A DNA stretch of 64,000 bases from Callorhinchus milii (taxonomy: Eukaryota): contig NW_024704742.1 in assembly GCF_018977255.1 (NCBI RefSeq), positions 6,512,001 through 6,576,000 on the forward strand, read 5' to 3'. Shown here in pieces: positions 1-13,805 of this stretch. A program made the position numbers and the translations under genes. Below the pieces are notes generated by a model. That model was given only the letters and a program-made list of their open reading frames with translations, ran no database searches and was not told where the DNA came from. Positions within the stretch are counted from its first letter, which is position 1. Every line of letters starts with the position of its first letter.

Positions 1-1105
1 CAATTCTGAGCAGACTGTAACAGAAACCAGCTTGAGGTATTTTATAGTGAAAGTCAACAGAAAGACTGGCTACTTTTTTCTTCTATACAACTTTGAGCAA
101 GTCTGCCCACACACTTGTAAAACTCCAGGAGCTCGAGGCATGTAGATATGTAACATATCTCCATCCTTTGAGTGTAAAACAAAAACTTCTTTCACCTGTC
201 TATTAAAGCGTAAACGGGGATTGGGCTGTTGTTGCAAGTGCAAGTTCCTGAGCTTGAAGGGCTCTAAGCCAAGAAATATCACCAGAGTGGGTTCCTTAGC
301 AACTTGCTCCTCCCGTTAAAGCAGCAGGAAAACATTTATCTTAGTGTGTGTAGAAATCCAAGACAGCTGAGATCTCTCACTCCCTCCCCCCAGTCTGATT
401 TGATAGTTGAGATTACAGTCAATCACGAAAGCATAGTTGTGTCGTCCAGAAGATTCAAGCCCAGAAAGGACCCAGGCACAAAGGGAGAATTGAAAATTGC
501 AGGGTGTAAGTAGATAGAAATTGCTAGTATTAAAAGAAAACAGCAGTGAAGCTGTACCTCACTCTGGACACAATTTAGCACTGAAGTCTGACCACAAAAT
601 ACTAGATATTGGATAAATGCATATTGATACAGGGTGACTTTCAGTAACAAGTGCCATAGAAGGGTTGAAAAATTAGGCATTCATAACAGGGTAACAATGG
701 TATCCAGATGCACATCACACTGACTCTCAGCAATTCCTGCTCCTATGCAACTGGAAATATATTGCACTGGAGTGAATACAGTGAATCCTGTAAAACACAT
801 TGAGGCATCCTCCTGATTGGAATAGTGCTAGAGCAAATGTAAGGATTATTTATTCAGATTTTCAGAAGACAGTAGAAATTTTATTTTTCTTCTGACAGTT
901 GATTTCTTGATTTCCTTTTCCATTCATTGGGGTTTCCCCGAGCCAGCAGCAAACTCTGGGCAAGATATAAAAACGTCAAGCTGTTCCAACGATTCGTTTC
1001 ATCCAGTGAATAATGCTCAACCTACCGTCAATGCTGCCGATGACAGTATAGCCAAGATTGGTGAACCCTTTCACCTCACCAGCCCCATCACCTTGTTAAG
1101 ATTTG

Positions 1106-1235
1106 CCTGGCTCACTTGCAAGTACTCTCACCCGAGTTGGAAGGTTGTGGGTTCAAGCCCCCATCAGGACTTTGAACGCGTAGTCTCAACTGATATTCCA
1201 ATGCAATGCTGGGGCTGTGCTGTATTTAGGGACTA
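1106..1235 (+). mobile_element. Old DeuSINE family, 5' head fragment
   Basis: CCTGGCTCA...AAGGTTGTGGGTTCAAGCCCC matches the tRNA-like head (A/B boxes) of the fuller copies at 61884 and 33893. Confidence 0.7.
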
Positions 1236-2444
1236 TCTTTCTTATACTACATGCGACTGATAATGCTGCTTAGCATTCTTCAATATGGAAGAAGAATGAT
1301 CCAACTGTTTGTCTTTGTGTATTTTAGTGCTATGTTTTTTACATCAACCCTTTTTTTTTAAAAATGAAACACAGCAGCTTTATGCACTCTGACGTTGAGC
1401 TAAAACTGGTTTCGATCAAAATGCAGCGGAGATTTATTTTGCAACGTTGCTACATGCTGTTGTGAAAAAGATCGCTGGGAATTGCACATTTACCAAGGCC
1501 ATCCCCGGTCCTTGGGGTATAATTACACTGACCCAGGGACCTCAGGAATTTGATGGTCTGATGAAGTCAAAAGCCCACAGGACCTCTGCACAACATCAAC
1601 AGTAATAACTCGTATCCTGCAGATGCACTGCCTTGGTGTGTCAGCTCGGAGATCCAAGTATGGTAATGATCATTTCATACTGTACTTATCATTGTTAGAC
1701 AAGTCTTGTTGACATTGCATTTGGGAATATATCTTTTAACCGTTGTACTGCAAGTAACAGCGACAAATAATGCAGCTTACTTGGTTATTTTTTTATGTCG
1801 TATGGTAAGCTCTGGCAGGACCAAATGAAGCAAGCTGAGAAAAGGCAAAGGAACTCCCCACAACTGGCTACTGTCGAACTTTCCTTCAGCATTCCCGGTG
1901 GAATTCTTTCAAGAGCAGTGAATCAATGCCACGTTTCTGTGGTAAATCTCACTGCCACAGACAAATTCCATTTCTCATCAGAAAATATGATGATCTCATG
2001 ACCCACATCTGGATTGTGTGTTAATGAGCAGTGTAATCTTCATGGGGTTAAAACATCTGACTCTCGGTCACTGGAATGAAAATTACATCTGTAATAGAAC
2101 ATATAAACTTATATTATTTTTTAAAAAAAGTAAGGTCTTTTCTGATTTTTAAAAAATATTCTGAGAAAAGAGGTCCAACATTTTATAGGCTGTTTCACAG
2201 GTGGCCATAAATGTTCTGCATACATCCACTGGGCACTTATTGAAGCCTGCACTTAAGTTTTTGGCTGAGATTCCTATAGTTGGAATATTCTGTGCTATCA
2301 GATTAGCTCAGTTGGTAGCACCCTCATCCGTTTCTGGATTCAAGCCACATCTCAGGATTTAGACATCAGTCTAACGGAAAGTGACACAACACTGAGCCCT
2401 GCAATGTCAAAGGTGCTGTCCTTTGAATAAAATATTCCACCCCA

Positions 2445-2852
2445 TCATACTGTCAAAATGCCTCAAAGCACTTAACAGGATTTACTGCAGAGTGTAAATA
2501 ATCACTGCAGTTTCGTAGGCAAATGTAGCAGCCAATTTGTCCACAGTAATGTCCCGCAAACAGCTATGAAGTGAACGAACAAGTTTATCCAAGCGATTGT
2601 TGACCAGGATACTGGGAGAAACTCCCTTCTCTTTTTGAATGCAGTAACGGGATCTTTAATGTCCACCTGAACAGACAGACAGGCAGGTCCTCAGTCAAAC
2701 ATTGCATCCGAAGAAACACACCTCGAACAATACAGGACTCCATCCAGCACTGTACTGAAGTATCAGCCTATACAATGCGTTCCAAGTTCTGGCACGGGCT
2801 TGAACCCACAACTTTCCGACTTTGAGACGAGAGTGTTACCAACTGAGCCAGG
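2445..2852 (-). mobile_element. Old DeuSINE family, near full length
   Basis: Minus strand: head GGCTCAGTTGGTAACACTCTCG...GGGTTCAAGCCC, body GTGGACATTAAAGATCCC, Deu-like AAATTGGCTGC. Abuts a plus-strand head fragment at ~2302-2435. Confidence 0.8.
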
Positions 2853-3554
2853 ATAATGATAATCAAGTCCTGTTCGTCTGTTGTTCTGGTAGATGGTGAC
2901 ACCATTTTAAAAGATAGGATAGTTTCCTTCAGATGAATTGTTTATTTAAGGATAAGTCAGTCTTAAATCACAAAATTCTAAACCTGCTATTTTTCAGGGG
3001 TTATTTTTTGGTGGGGGGATGTACCTCTCCCTGTTTGTTGTGTTGGGACGGGTAGGACTATTCGCTCCTCCTCTTCAGTCAAAAAACAGGAGAAAAAAGC
3101 ACAAAAAAATCCATAGAAAAATTCAGTGAAAAATCAGGATTTATTTTGACATTTACATTCAGCCAATTGGCTGTCGTGTTTACAGTATATTCTGTGAAGA
3201 GCTTTGAGACGTCTCAAAAATGTGATAAAGCGTTGTTATATTATTTGTTAATGCATGCATTCTGAAACCTGCCCACAAAGGGTTTTTCTCTGATCTGAAT
3301 GGGAACTGTTCCCAGTTCAAACTAACCAGTTTAGCCACCCAAAACCATACGAATAGTTTACGCAATTGTCTGATAACTGATTGTTGGTAGGAGTGGAACA
3401 GCCGAGGTTTAACATCTGCTTAAAGTCTCAGATCATTTTTTGTTTTTCAAAAAAAAATGCTGAGTGGGGGATGAGAAGGTAAGGGAAGGAATGACATTAT
3501 TCCATGTTTTGCATTTTCTTAATAAGCCGATAACCTGAAGAAGAAAATATCAGT

Positions 3555-3720
3555 CAGAAAGTTTTCAGCACAGAGGAGGTAATCCAGCCCATTATGTTTG
3601 TGCTGGGATTAATTTCTCGACTGGCATATAGCCCTTCAAGTGAGTTCTCTACTTGAATGCTATTCCCCTCTTTCCTTGTACCCTTTAATATTTTTTTCTC
3701 AGGTATTTAACATTGTTAAA
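3555..3720 (-). mobile_element. CR1 LINE 3' end, highly degenerate
   Basis: CAGCACAGAGGAGG..CAGCCCA motif shared with the CR1 3' ends at 20590 and 32912. Confidence 0.5.
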
Positions 3721-4140
3721 CCTACAAGTACATTCATTACACTTTAAATAAATCCTGTAAAGCAATTTGGGACATTTTGACGTAAAAAGGAGCTACATCA
3801 AATGCAAGGCTCATTTTTATAAATGCTGTTTTGAATTTGGCTTTATAAATCATAGTAGCAAGTCCAATTCTAGCAAGCCTTTTGTGTTAAAAAAAACCTT
3901 TCCTTCCCGTTTTTCTTCGGTTGAAAATTACTGTGCTCATTACTGCTAAACTTCCTGGTTCCCCACCCAATTCTTCAGTCTAAACAATTCATGCTTGCCA
4001 ACTTTATTTTAACAGGATATAGGTGAAGGGATTTATAACTAAAAGAAATGATGGCTTTGAGATCAAGATTATAGATTGAAGCAAAGCCCCCACGTTGATG
4101 CTGAGCATAATCACACCATTGCCATGGCATCAGTCATGTG

Positions 4141-4262
4141 ATAATAATAATAATAATAATCCTTGTATTTGATATAGCGCTTTATCACGTCTTTGAGATG
4201 TCTCAAACACTTCACAGAATATAATGTAACGTGAATTGACTGTATATTTTGTGGGCGAAACT
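4141..4262 (-). mobile_element. Young SINE, 3' tail fragment
   Basis: (AAT)n then CCTTGTATTTGATATAGCGC..., the reverse complement of the SINE tail. Confidence 0.85.
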
Positions 4263-5224
4263 TGACGTTTCATGCACACTTTTATACAATACAATTTACA
4301 TTCAGAGAAGATGTTATCCCAAATCTGCGCTTTCAGGTGGATGTTATAAATGACCATAGCAACAACAAATTACATTTGTATAGCACCTTTCAACTTGGGA
4401 GGACGTCCCAGTAATGTCCTAACTTGATAGCTGTTAGTGGGACGCAAATTGAGACATGGAGATGTTTGGGTTACTCTGGTAGTGCCTTAATACGTGACAT
4501 CAACACATTGTTCCAGTTTGCTATATGATGCCTGACTATAATGGAATTAGAAAAGGAACACGCACACAAATCATGGTAATGAACAGTGCAACATCAGCAA
4601 CCTCTGCCCAGGAATTCCATAACCCACTAATAGGAATTCACTCCAATGAACATCTGCAACTACAAAACTGCCCTGCTTTGTTATGACATTATGCATCAGG
4701 ATGCTTAACCATTGTGGTTTATAATCTGTTTATCTTGAGCTTTGTGGAATAATTACATAGTATTATAATCCTATAAACACGAATTCCATCCAAATGCTCT
4801 CATGCTATACGTGTGGTATAATTCGAGGTATTCCAGACCTTAGAAACGCCCTGCAACAAATGTGAAAAATGAGGTGCCAAATTTTAATTTCAAACGGCTC
4901 CAATGTGCATGCTTAACACTGATTAGGTTTAAAAAGGTTTTTTTCCACTGAATTTTCCTTTGTAAGCCTGAGATGTATTTTAGGTTAGAGGATTGTGAAC
5001 CTGTTACAAACCCCATATCATCGCAGTGTTCACGATAGGGTTTGTAACAGTTGAACACTGCTAATGATAAGCTACTGCAGCCATGAGGATAATAGGTGCA
5101 TCAACATCACCAACCGATGTTTGCGCACTAAATGAATCTTCTACTTGGAGAGGATGATGCATTTGGACATAATGCTTGAACTGCCAGTAAAAGAGAACTC
5201 ATCTATTCCATATTTTCTTCAAGT

Positions 5225-5418
5225 AATTCCATCCCCCCAAAAAGATAATAAACTGGTCACTTCAATCCACAACTGTTTGTGGGACACTGCTGTGTGCAAT
5301 TGGCTGCCGTGTTTCGCCCACAACATATACAGTCAATTCACTTTACAGTATATTCTGTGAAGCTCTTTGAGACGCTTCAAAGATGTGATAAGGCGCTATA
5401 TCAAATGCAAGGATTATT
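5225..5418 (+). mobile_element. Young SINE, 3' half (Deu domain plus tail)
   Basis: CTGTTTGTGGGACACTGCTGTGTGCAATTGGCTGCC...AAATGCAAGGATTATT. Confidence 0.9.
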
Positions 5419-5900
5419 CTATTGTACATGGCAATCACTAAATTAGCTGAATGGTGTCTTTCTAAAAGGTTTCCTTTATGACAGACTGTAGTCCTAATCT
5501 GAGATCTGCAAACTCTTGCTCCACACCTTTTCTCCACATTGTGTGTATCTGATTGGTCTTAAGTGCTCTGGGACACCACCCAGCTATATAAATGCAAGTT
5601 GTCGTTGTGTGTGCAGGATACACTCCACTATTATCAATAGTGACCTGCACTGTAGCAAAGTCTTAACAATCCTCAGAGCAAAATGGGACCATTTAACATT
5701 CTCCATTCTGAAATTCATTGATGCTCAACTTGGTTGTGATGGATATAATATCGCTGCAATAACCCGTCCTGGTTTTGAGGAACTTCACATCCGACATTGC
5801 ATCCACATTCTCCTGCTCAAGCCTGCATTGGCTCCAATGCCTCCAGTTCAGTTTTCTGTTCACAAAATAAAGTGTTTGACTGTTTGTAGGCAAACAAGTG

Positions 5901-6253
5901 GCAAGCGAGAGAGCCTGGGTTTGATTCCTGGGTAGGGCGAAATGTCAGGCAAGTTTCTTTACTCCACACGCCTCTGCTTACCAAGCAGTAAGTAGGAACC
6001 TGGTTGTTAGTCGATTGGCAGATTGCTATTCCGGGGATAATAATGCCTTCAAAACAAAAATAAATTTTAAAAAATTGTAATAATTTGGTCATTCAATCCA
6101 CGACTCTTTGTGGGACACGATGATGCGCAATTGGCTGAAGCTTTTCGCCCAGAAAAAATAATCAATTCACTTTATAGTATATTCTGTGAAGCACTTTGAG
6201 ACTTTGTGAAGACGTAATAAGGCACCATATCAAATGCAAGGATCTTTATTATT
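5901..6253 (+). mobile_element. Young SINE, long form, slightly 5'-truncated
   Basis: B-box GGTTTGATTCC, CORE-like GGCAAGTTTC..GCCTCTG, the 60-nt long-form segment, Deu domain and tail. Confidence 0.9.
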
Positions 6254-8582
6254 GTAGATGGTAGAAGCAATGAGCAGTTGATACATCAATTGCAATGATG
6301 AATAGAAATGATTATAAAAGCATCAAAGATTAGATTGGATACACACACACGCAAAGTCTACATTTTCCTGATTACATGAAATAAAACCTTATTGTAGAAA
6401 ACCTCAATCAAAGAATTGCAGGATATTTGAGTGTCAGAGAAGGCTGCAAATAACAAGTATGTGCACCTCAAACATACACACGCACCCACATGATTGAAGC
6501 CACCACATATTTTAGACCAATTTTGCGCACATTGTTAAGAAAAGTAAATATTTTTATAACTAAATAAGAGTGTTCTTATAAGGAAACATTTGTCTGCAAT
6601 TTCATTGTTAAAAACAACTTATAAATAGAGTGAATAAAAGCCACAGACTAACCCAATGATATAATTTGTGTTTTACAATGGAGACACAAAGGAGAGCTTT
6701 CAGTTTGCCAATTCAGTCAGTAAATCCATTGTCCTAACTGGATTACACCAAGTTACCAATGGAGCTTTGCCAATGCAATCTGAGCCTTCCCAATCATCTG
6801 CTCAATGTCACGCTGCCCTTCACAACATTAGGGTACAACCATGGACACCAACATTTATGGAGACAGATTTGGTTCAACCGATGTGTTTATTAACACACAC
6901 CAATATAGCTCCAGCAGCTGTACAGACAGACAACACCTCAGTACAGTCCCAGAGGTGTGCTGCCAGCGGATGCACTCTCAGTGCCCAGTAACCCCTCGTA
7001 CACCCACGCTCACTCATAGTTTCCCCCCTGCTCTGAGACACAGTACTCGCATCTGCATCAACACTCAACCATGTTCTCTGCTACAGCCTGATCCAGTCAC
7101 ATAGCCCAGCCCACCTCGTTCCCTGGGTCACAGTCCTCCTTCCTCACTCTCCCAAAGCAAAGAGACCAATGGGGCAGTTCAGCTCAAGGCTTTATACAGC
7201 CACCCCACAAGCCACTCTCACAGGTCAAAGCATTGGTCCTCCCAATGGGGAAAGGGGGAGTCTTCTCCCAGCTGATAACCTGGGAGGAGGCCTGTAACAG
7301 TAGAGCTGGTTCCCAGCTGGGTCCTACTCCATCACCTGCTGACAGGTATTGACTGTTAGCTAGATGATGCACCTGCTCTGCCCATTGCAAGTTTCTTGCC
7401 ATAGCTCTCACCCTGTTATTGCTTGGAGACCACTCTTTCTATTTCAGTGGGTTTCATGCTCCTCTTTGAGAAGAGATGCATTGGCAGTATAATTAGAGAG
7501 GCTTGCAAAAAGATATGAAATAATGTAATAATCCTTGCAATCATGTCTTCGAGACGTCGCAAAGTGCTTCACAGAATATACCGTAAAGTGAATTCACTGT
7601 TTTGTGGGCTAAACGTGATAGCCAATTGCTCACAGCAGCGTCCGACAAACAGTTGGATGTGTCTCAGCAAACCCACTTGAACCTCATGCCACTTCCCTGT
7701 GGGGGGGACTGGGAATATCCTTTGCCTTCTTTGATAGACATAAAACTATGATAAGTGGGGACCGGGCAGAATTCCAGACTGATAAATCCGGGTCATTTAG
7801 GGATTTTCTGTTGACACATTCTTTGGCAAATCTCACAAATTCTACAACAATTGCTATCTTGCTTTCACTTACAAACACACAATCATTACACTTCACATAA
7901 AACACTTTGAGTGACGTGATAAAGCACTATATCAAATCTTATATATTATTGTTTGGAGAATGTATTCCAGGAGCCTTTGCCCCTGTGCACCTGTATAAAC
8001 TACCTTCTCTTTTCCAACAGTGCCCTGGAATCTTTAACGTCCACTTGAAACAGGCAGACGGGACTTTGGTTTATCGTCTTATCTAAAGGACGGGAGGTCC
8101 AACAATGAAGTGGACTGGAAAGGTGCATCAGGCGAGACTGTGAGCTCCAGCACTCAGCTGCAGCTGGAGCAGAAGAGAATGGAAAATCATTCCGCAGCAA
8201 TTCTTCACCAGAATACAGACGTAGTCTGGATCTTTGGAAAGTTGTTCCCACTTCTCTCCTTCAAAAAACTGGGGGATTCAACAACTAGGTCAATTGGAAA
8301 GAAATACTAATTATCTGCAACAGATACTAAGTTGCTGTGTGCAATTGGCTGCCTGCCGCGTTCCGCCCACAAAATCCAGCAGTCACTCCACTTTACAGAA
8401 TATTCTGTGAAGCGCTTTGAGATGTCTTGATGACGTGAAGGATTGCTATTGTAACATACACGCGTAGAGTATAAATATAAAATAGCACTAAAATATGAAA
8501 ACTAAATGTCAAGGTTGTTGCACAATTAATTTAGAATAAAGTAATGAGTATGTTTCTGAAGGTTACCAGCTCAGAAAGTATT

Positions 8583-8640
8583 GGGGGGGGGTGGGTGGGG
8601 GGGTTGAGATTGTAATATGGTGGGCGTGGGGTGGCAGGGG
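8583..8640 (+). repeat. G-rich tract with G-quadruplex potential
   Basis: G9-T-G3-T-G7 followed by further GGG/GGGG runs. Confidence 0.5.
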
Positions 8641-9395
8641 CTGTGAGAGTCAAAATGAATGAGAAGTAAAGAGCGCAGCAATAAAGTATTTCGACTCAGC
8701 AAGAATGGATACCGAAGACCGCTGTTCGTGACCACTTTGTAAAACGCAAATTGTATCATTGGGTTAGAATGTGGTTTCGTTGACTATTTTTATGGAAAAG
8801 CGACATTAAAATAACAATGAAATTACAGCAAATTATATTTTCTTGGAAAAAATAAACATTTTTTATGGGACTAGGTTGTGCAGTGGGTTGGCACATCAGT
8901 TTGTCATTGTTGAAAGCAGGCTCGATTACAGGTCTGGCTTAATGGGCTGAAGGTTTCCTGGAACTCCCGGTCTACCAGTCCTGGCTATTTGAACGCTGGT
9001 TCATTGGACACAGGTTTAATTCAACCAAAAACCACAGCGTTAAGTCGGTATTCTGTGACGCAGTCCTCCAACGCTGATGTTCGCAACGCGACTGCATTTA
9101 ACACGGGTGATTGATTATCGTATGACATCTCACATCTTACCCGATATAAAGAAAAGTTGAGGTTGAGAAAAAAAGCCACAAACAAATCTATATTTGTTTT
9201 GGTCAGCCGGGTGACTGACACATGCACGAACCCATCACCATGCTGAAAAAGAGAATCCAAACCAAGCTGAGATTGCCTTGTATGCCATCTCTACATGGAA
9301 CTTTCTGTGCTGGGATGGAATGTGCACTCTTTCTCCCTGGAGAGTAGCACTGCTTACCTAATTCCAGAAAATATTTGGCATAATTGGCAAGAACC

Positions 9396-9556
9396 AATAA
9401 TAATAATAATAATCCTTGCATTTGATATAGCGCTTTTCACGTCGGGAGGACGTCCCAAAGCGCTTCACAGAACACACTGTAAAGTGAATTGACTGTATAT
9501 TTGTGGGCGAACGCGGCAGCCAATTGCGCACAGCAATGTCCCACGGCTCGGGGACT

Positions 9557-9558
<2 letters not shown>
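9396..9558 (-). mobile_element. Young SINE, 3' half, inserted in an old unclassified repeat
   Basis: Near-perfect reverse complement of the 3' half of the 30473 copy. Confidence 0.92.

Positions 9559-9588
<30 letters not shown>
9559..9588. repeat. (TG)15 microsatellite
   Basis: Read directly. Confidence 0.97.
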
Positions 9589-9592
<4 letters not shown>

Positions 9593-9849
9593 TGGTGGGG
9601 GATGGTTCCTGCTGAAGTTTGACTCACTAAACCATAGGGTTTGCTATTTTCTTCAATGTTTGAATTCATATTTTTTTATCCTGTGTTTCCAGGTTAACAC
9701 AAAGTAAGATTCCAGGTTTATCCTGTTTCTAAAGATTTAGTATCTTGCATGCATTACAAAAGTCCTTTCCCACCTGTCTTCTTTCTAGACTGCAGTGGTT
9801 AAGCTTATTTCGCCCTGTTTCTTCAAATCAGAGATTATTCGTCTCACAA

Positions 9850-10510
9850 TTTTTTACCCGATATAAAGACATGGTCTTTGTGATGCAATGACTGAACTGA
9901 ACTGAAGGCAGTCCTGCTGCCAAGATAGGCTGCCAACAGCGGCAGTGTGGTAAAGTAAATGGGGCATTAAAGAAAATAATTGAACTGACAATCTCCTCTG
10001 CAGAGAATTCCAGTAGATTCATGAGCCATGACCTATGACTTCTGAGAGCATTCCAGCTACTTGTAGATTCTGTTCTTTGGAGGAACACCACCAGTTCCTG
10101 TAAAATTCTCCCGAGTATCTCTCTACCAATGTTAAAACAGCTCATCTACGATTCCCTGATTTGCATCATATTCCCTTTTTTTACAAACTTTTTGGACTGA
10201 TGTTTACACCAGTTACTTCCAGTCCTCAGTTGCAGTTTGAAGTTCCGAAAAATACTAACCAGAGCATTCACCTCCATTTTTCACTCCTTTCTCTCAAGGT
10301 CCCAATTCACCCAGGTTCTCTTTAACACTTTGCTATGAGTTTCTTCAGGACTCACGCTTTGCTGACCCTGACATATGTTATAGATTTCTGAGCCAGTCTG
10401 GCTGTATCTGGAATCTGTCCACACTCTCCATTCATAGAAGCTGATATGAAGAATTAATTTAACACATCTGCCATTTCCTGATTCGTGTAATACTTCGATT
10501 CCACCAATTT
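9850..10510 (-). mobile_element. CR1 LINE ORF2 fragment, heavily decayed
   Basis: Minus strand near 10440-10480 translates EMADVLN*FFISA (CR1 EMAEVLNEYFASVF-like). A KKG...GN motif remnant lies near 10150-10185. Confidence 0.65.
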
Positions 10511-10736
10511 CTTAAGTGACCTCACCTGTGCATTGAAATAGGTCGATTCCCAGCAAGCAGACTGTAAGTATTAAAGTGACCACTTGTTGGCTCTTCCTGG
10601 ATGAATTGAGAGTATGGTTAGCCTCCAAAAAGTAATTTGTGTGGGCCAGTTTCAAAGAGTTTTTCTTTAATTCAATAAAAATGTAATAAACCACACTGGG
10701 TTTCATCAGGAGATCTGGAGCTCTCTCCTACTGGAG

Positions 10737-11061
10737 TGGAGTCCTGTAGCTCAGTGGTTAGAGCACTCACTTTGCAAGTGAGAGACCTGAGTTCAATTCC
10801 AGGCAGAGGGCGAAACCTTGGGCAAGTTTCCTTACTCCACACAGAGCCTAATAATAATCCCTCCAAAAAACAAAAACAATAATAAATTGGTCATTTTCAA
10901 TTCCATGACTGTTTGTGGGACACTGCTGTGCGCAATTGGCTGCCACGTTCGCCCACAAATATAGTCAATTCACTTTACAGTATATTCTGTGAAGCACTTT
11001 GGGACGTCCTCCCGACGTGAAAAGCGCTACATCAAATGCAAGGATTATTATTATTATTATT
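10737..11061 (+). mobile_element. Young SINE, short form, full length
   Basis: tRNA-Ala-like head (A box TAGCTCAGTGG, B box GTTCAATTCC), Deu domain, L2-like tail, (ATT)n. Possible TSD TACTG at 10729-10733 and 11061-11065. Confidence 0.95.
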
Positions 11062-11219
11062 ACTGCAATAATGCTTGGCCTAAGGTAGAGATAGCGTTAA
11101 TACAACACAATACACATCACAAAGAAGGAAGGCAAAGGCAAGCTTAAGGCCTGTTGCAACAATGCACTGATGACAGTGTTAATAACAGCTCAGAAATGTA
11201 TTTCATGTATATATGTATC

Positions 11220-11815
11220 CTCAGCCCCCATCCTTCTCCTCCTCTACATACTCCCTCTTGGCTACATCACCTACAGACCTGAGGTTAACTTCCACATCTA
11301 TGTGGATGACACCCAAATCTACTTCTCCACTCTTGATCCCAGGGCCACTGATGTACTGATGGGCAGACGTCAAGGCCTGAATGAACCAATTTCTTGCAAC
11401 TCAATATGGATAAGAGAGAAGCCATCTTCCCCGGCTCCAGCCAATGTCTCCACAGTTCCAGCTCTCAGCTCCTCAACCTCTCTGCCTCTCTCAAACTTAC
11501 TGAACCTGTGCACAACATCAGTGTTCAGTTTGATCCTCAGATTTTGCTTCTCCTTTAGACCTGGTGCCTGACCAAGAATTCCTCTCTTTACCTCCATCAC
11601 AGCATTCCCATCTACTCCATTGTGACGCCCGAACCTCTATCCTTGCCTTTGTTACATCCTGCCTGCACTTTTCAAACACAGACCTGTTGCTGGTCTCCCA
11701 AGCTACACCACCCATAAGCTTCAATTCATCCAAAACTCCACCACTGTTTCCTCACCGACCCAAAACTCTGCATGCCCATCAAGGGAGTTTTTCTTGGTGT
11801 CCTGGCTAGCAATCC
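11220..11815 (+). mobile_element. L2 LINE reverse transcriptase fragment, decayed
   Basis: PILLLLYILPLG...FHIYVDDTQIYFS is the L2 RT YADD region; a degraded C-terminal remnant follows. Confidence 0.85.
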
Positions 11816-13141
11816 GCCAGATAAAAATTGTTTGTACACTCCATGGCTCCATTTGGGACATTACTGTGCACAAATTAACTGCTGTGTTTGCCTACAAAGT
11901 GCATGGGCACTACATTATATTATGTATTCGTTGAAACACTTTGAGATAATTCAACAATGTTGATGAAGCACCATATTAAATGTAAGGATTATTATTATAT
12001 ATCCTGTAAAGGGCATAGGCAAGTCCACTTCTGAATCAGAAACAAGGCTTCCTAATCGGGAATCCAAGATGGCATCTCTGAATGTTTTCAGCCAGGAGTG
12101 TGGGGTGGGGGTGTTTAGGGGAGGAGGGTGCAGGGGATGCAGTAAAATATTTTAAAGACATTTCTTAAATAAAGAACAGATTGAATTTAGGGATACTAAA
12201 TTCTGACCCATGGTCCCACAACAGGACTTCTATATTGGGGATGGAGGAACTTTTCAGTTTTTCCTTATGTACTGGATATTTTCCAAGTATTAACTTTCAC
12301 TTCTGTTCTTTCTCTTGCCTTTACTTTGCCTCTACTATTTGTAAAGTCATTCCTGTACAATTTCAGAACTAGAAGCCATTGTCAAAACGTTAAACCCTCT
12401 GTCAATTTGCAGAATAGTGATTCTAACATGAATTGTAAACCCTGTGAGGAAATGTAAATGCTCTGAAGAGTAACACCGAATAAATCATTTACATTTAAGA
12501 ACTTTATGTAGCTGAGGGTAATAGATAAGACACTCTCTCATCCCACTTCTAGGAATGAAGATGGAGCAGGGGAAAGGGGGGTGGGGGGTAGGAGATTTCT
12601 GGCCTTTCACATGTCCTCCTTTCTAAACATTTGTCCTAGCCAAAGGTCCCCCAAATAAAAATGGTCATCTGTTTCCTAGCTGTTTGTGGGAGATTGCTTC
12701 CCACAATTGGGCTGTCGTTTCCACTTACAGATATATAATCATTCTTCACTCCACTTCACACTAAATCCTCTGAACCACTCTGAGACGTCGTCCCAACGTG
12801 AAAGTTGGAAGGACGTCTCAAAGCGTTATATTGTATAAAACAAACAAGAGCTGTTGTTGATCGATTTCCTGACCTGTGTTTTGTTGGAATGGAATTCGAA
12901 TTCAAAGTTGTAGGGCTCAGAAAACGTTTCCTTCAGCAAAGTTGATGTGGAATAATATTCACTCTTATTCGACAGATCTTCCCAGAGGTAACAAAGTAAT
13001 AATGGACACACCAGAAGTTATTCACCATCCTGACAATGGACATACATTACTGTTTCTTCATTGTCGCTGAAGTATAGTCATGTATATAGTCATGAAACTC
13101 TGCACCTAACACTTCCTGGGAACACCATCGCCACAAGGAAT

Positions 13142-13592
13142 GCAACAACAAACAACAACAAATTACATTTACACAGCATTCTTCACATCAGGAAGACATC
13201 CCAAGGTGCTGGACAGTCAGGGATCTGCACCCTAGCTGGTGATTGGGAACAAGAAGGGTAGAGGGCAGGGAGGGTAGGGTTAGGAGGGTGACCGAAGGCA
13301 CGGTCAAAAAGGAGGGTCTTGAGATGGGTCTTGAAGGAGGCAAGGGAGGGGACATGGGGGAGGGACTGTGGGATGGAGTTCCAGAGGATGGGGGTAGAGA
13401 GGCTGAAGGCCCGTCCACCATTGGTGGGGTGGGCAAGATGGGGGACTTGAAGCAAGCTGGAGCCCGTTGAGCAGAGGGAGCAGACAGGTTGGTATGGGGT
13501 TAGGAAGTCACGGAGGTAGGGAGGAGCAAGGCCGTGGAGGGCCTTGAAGGTGAGGACCAGGATCTTGAACTGTATTCTCTGACTGTAGGGGT
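13142..13592 (-). mobile_element. L2 LINE 3' end
   Basis: Minus frame GGRAFSLSTPILWNSIP...SFKTHLKTLLFDRAF. Homologous to 18910-19555 and ends in a (TTG)n tail. Confidence 0.9.
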
Positions 13593-13805
13593 TTAAAAAG
13601 AAGGTCCCACCTTCCTATGGCAACCAGGATTGGGCAATAATTGCTGTCCTTGTCAGAGTCACCCACATGCTGAGATGAGTAAGAATAGTTCATCTAAAAA
13701 AAATGGGCAAAAGATTCAATTACAGAGGAAGACAGATTACAGCAACTAAAAATAGATTTACTCAGTTTAACTCAAAATGCGGGTTCAGAGGCTGCTCCTA
13801 GAAAG

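Noticed and set aside
10737..10812. tRNA-Ala gene
   Set aside because: It is a SINE head: it continues into the SINE body and (ATT)n tail, has no oligo-T terminator, and many copies are present
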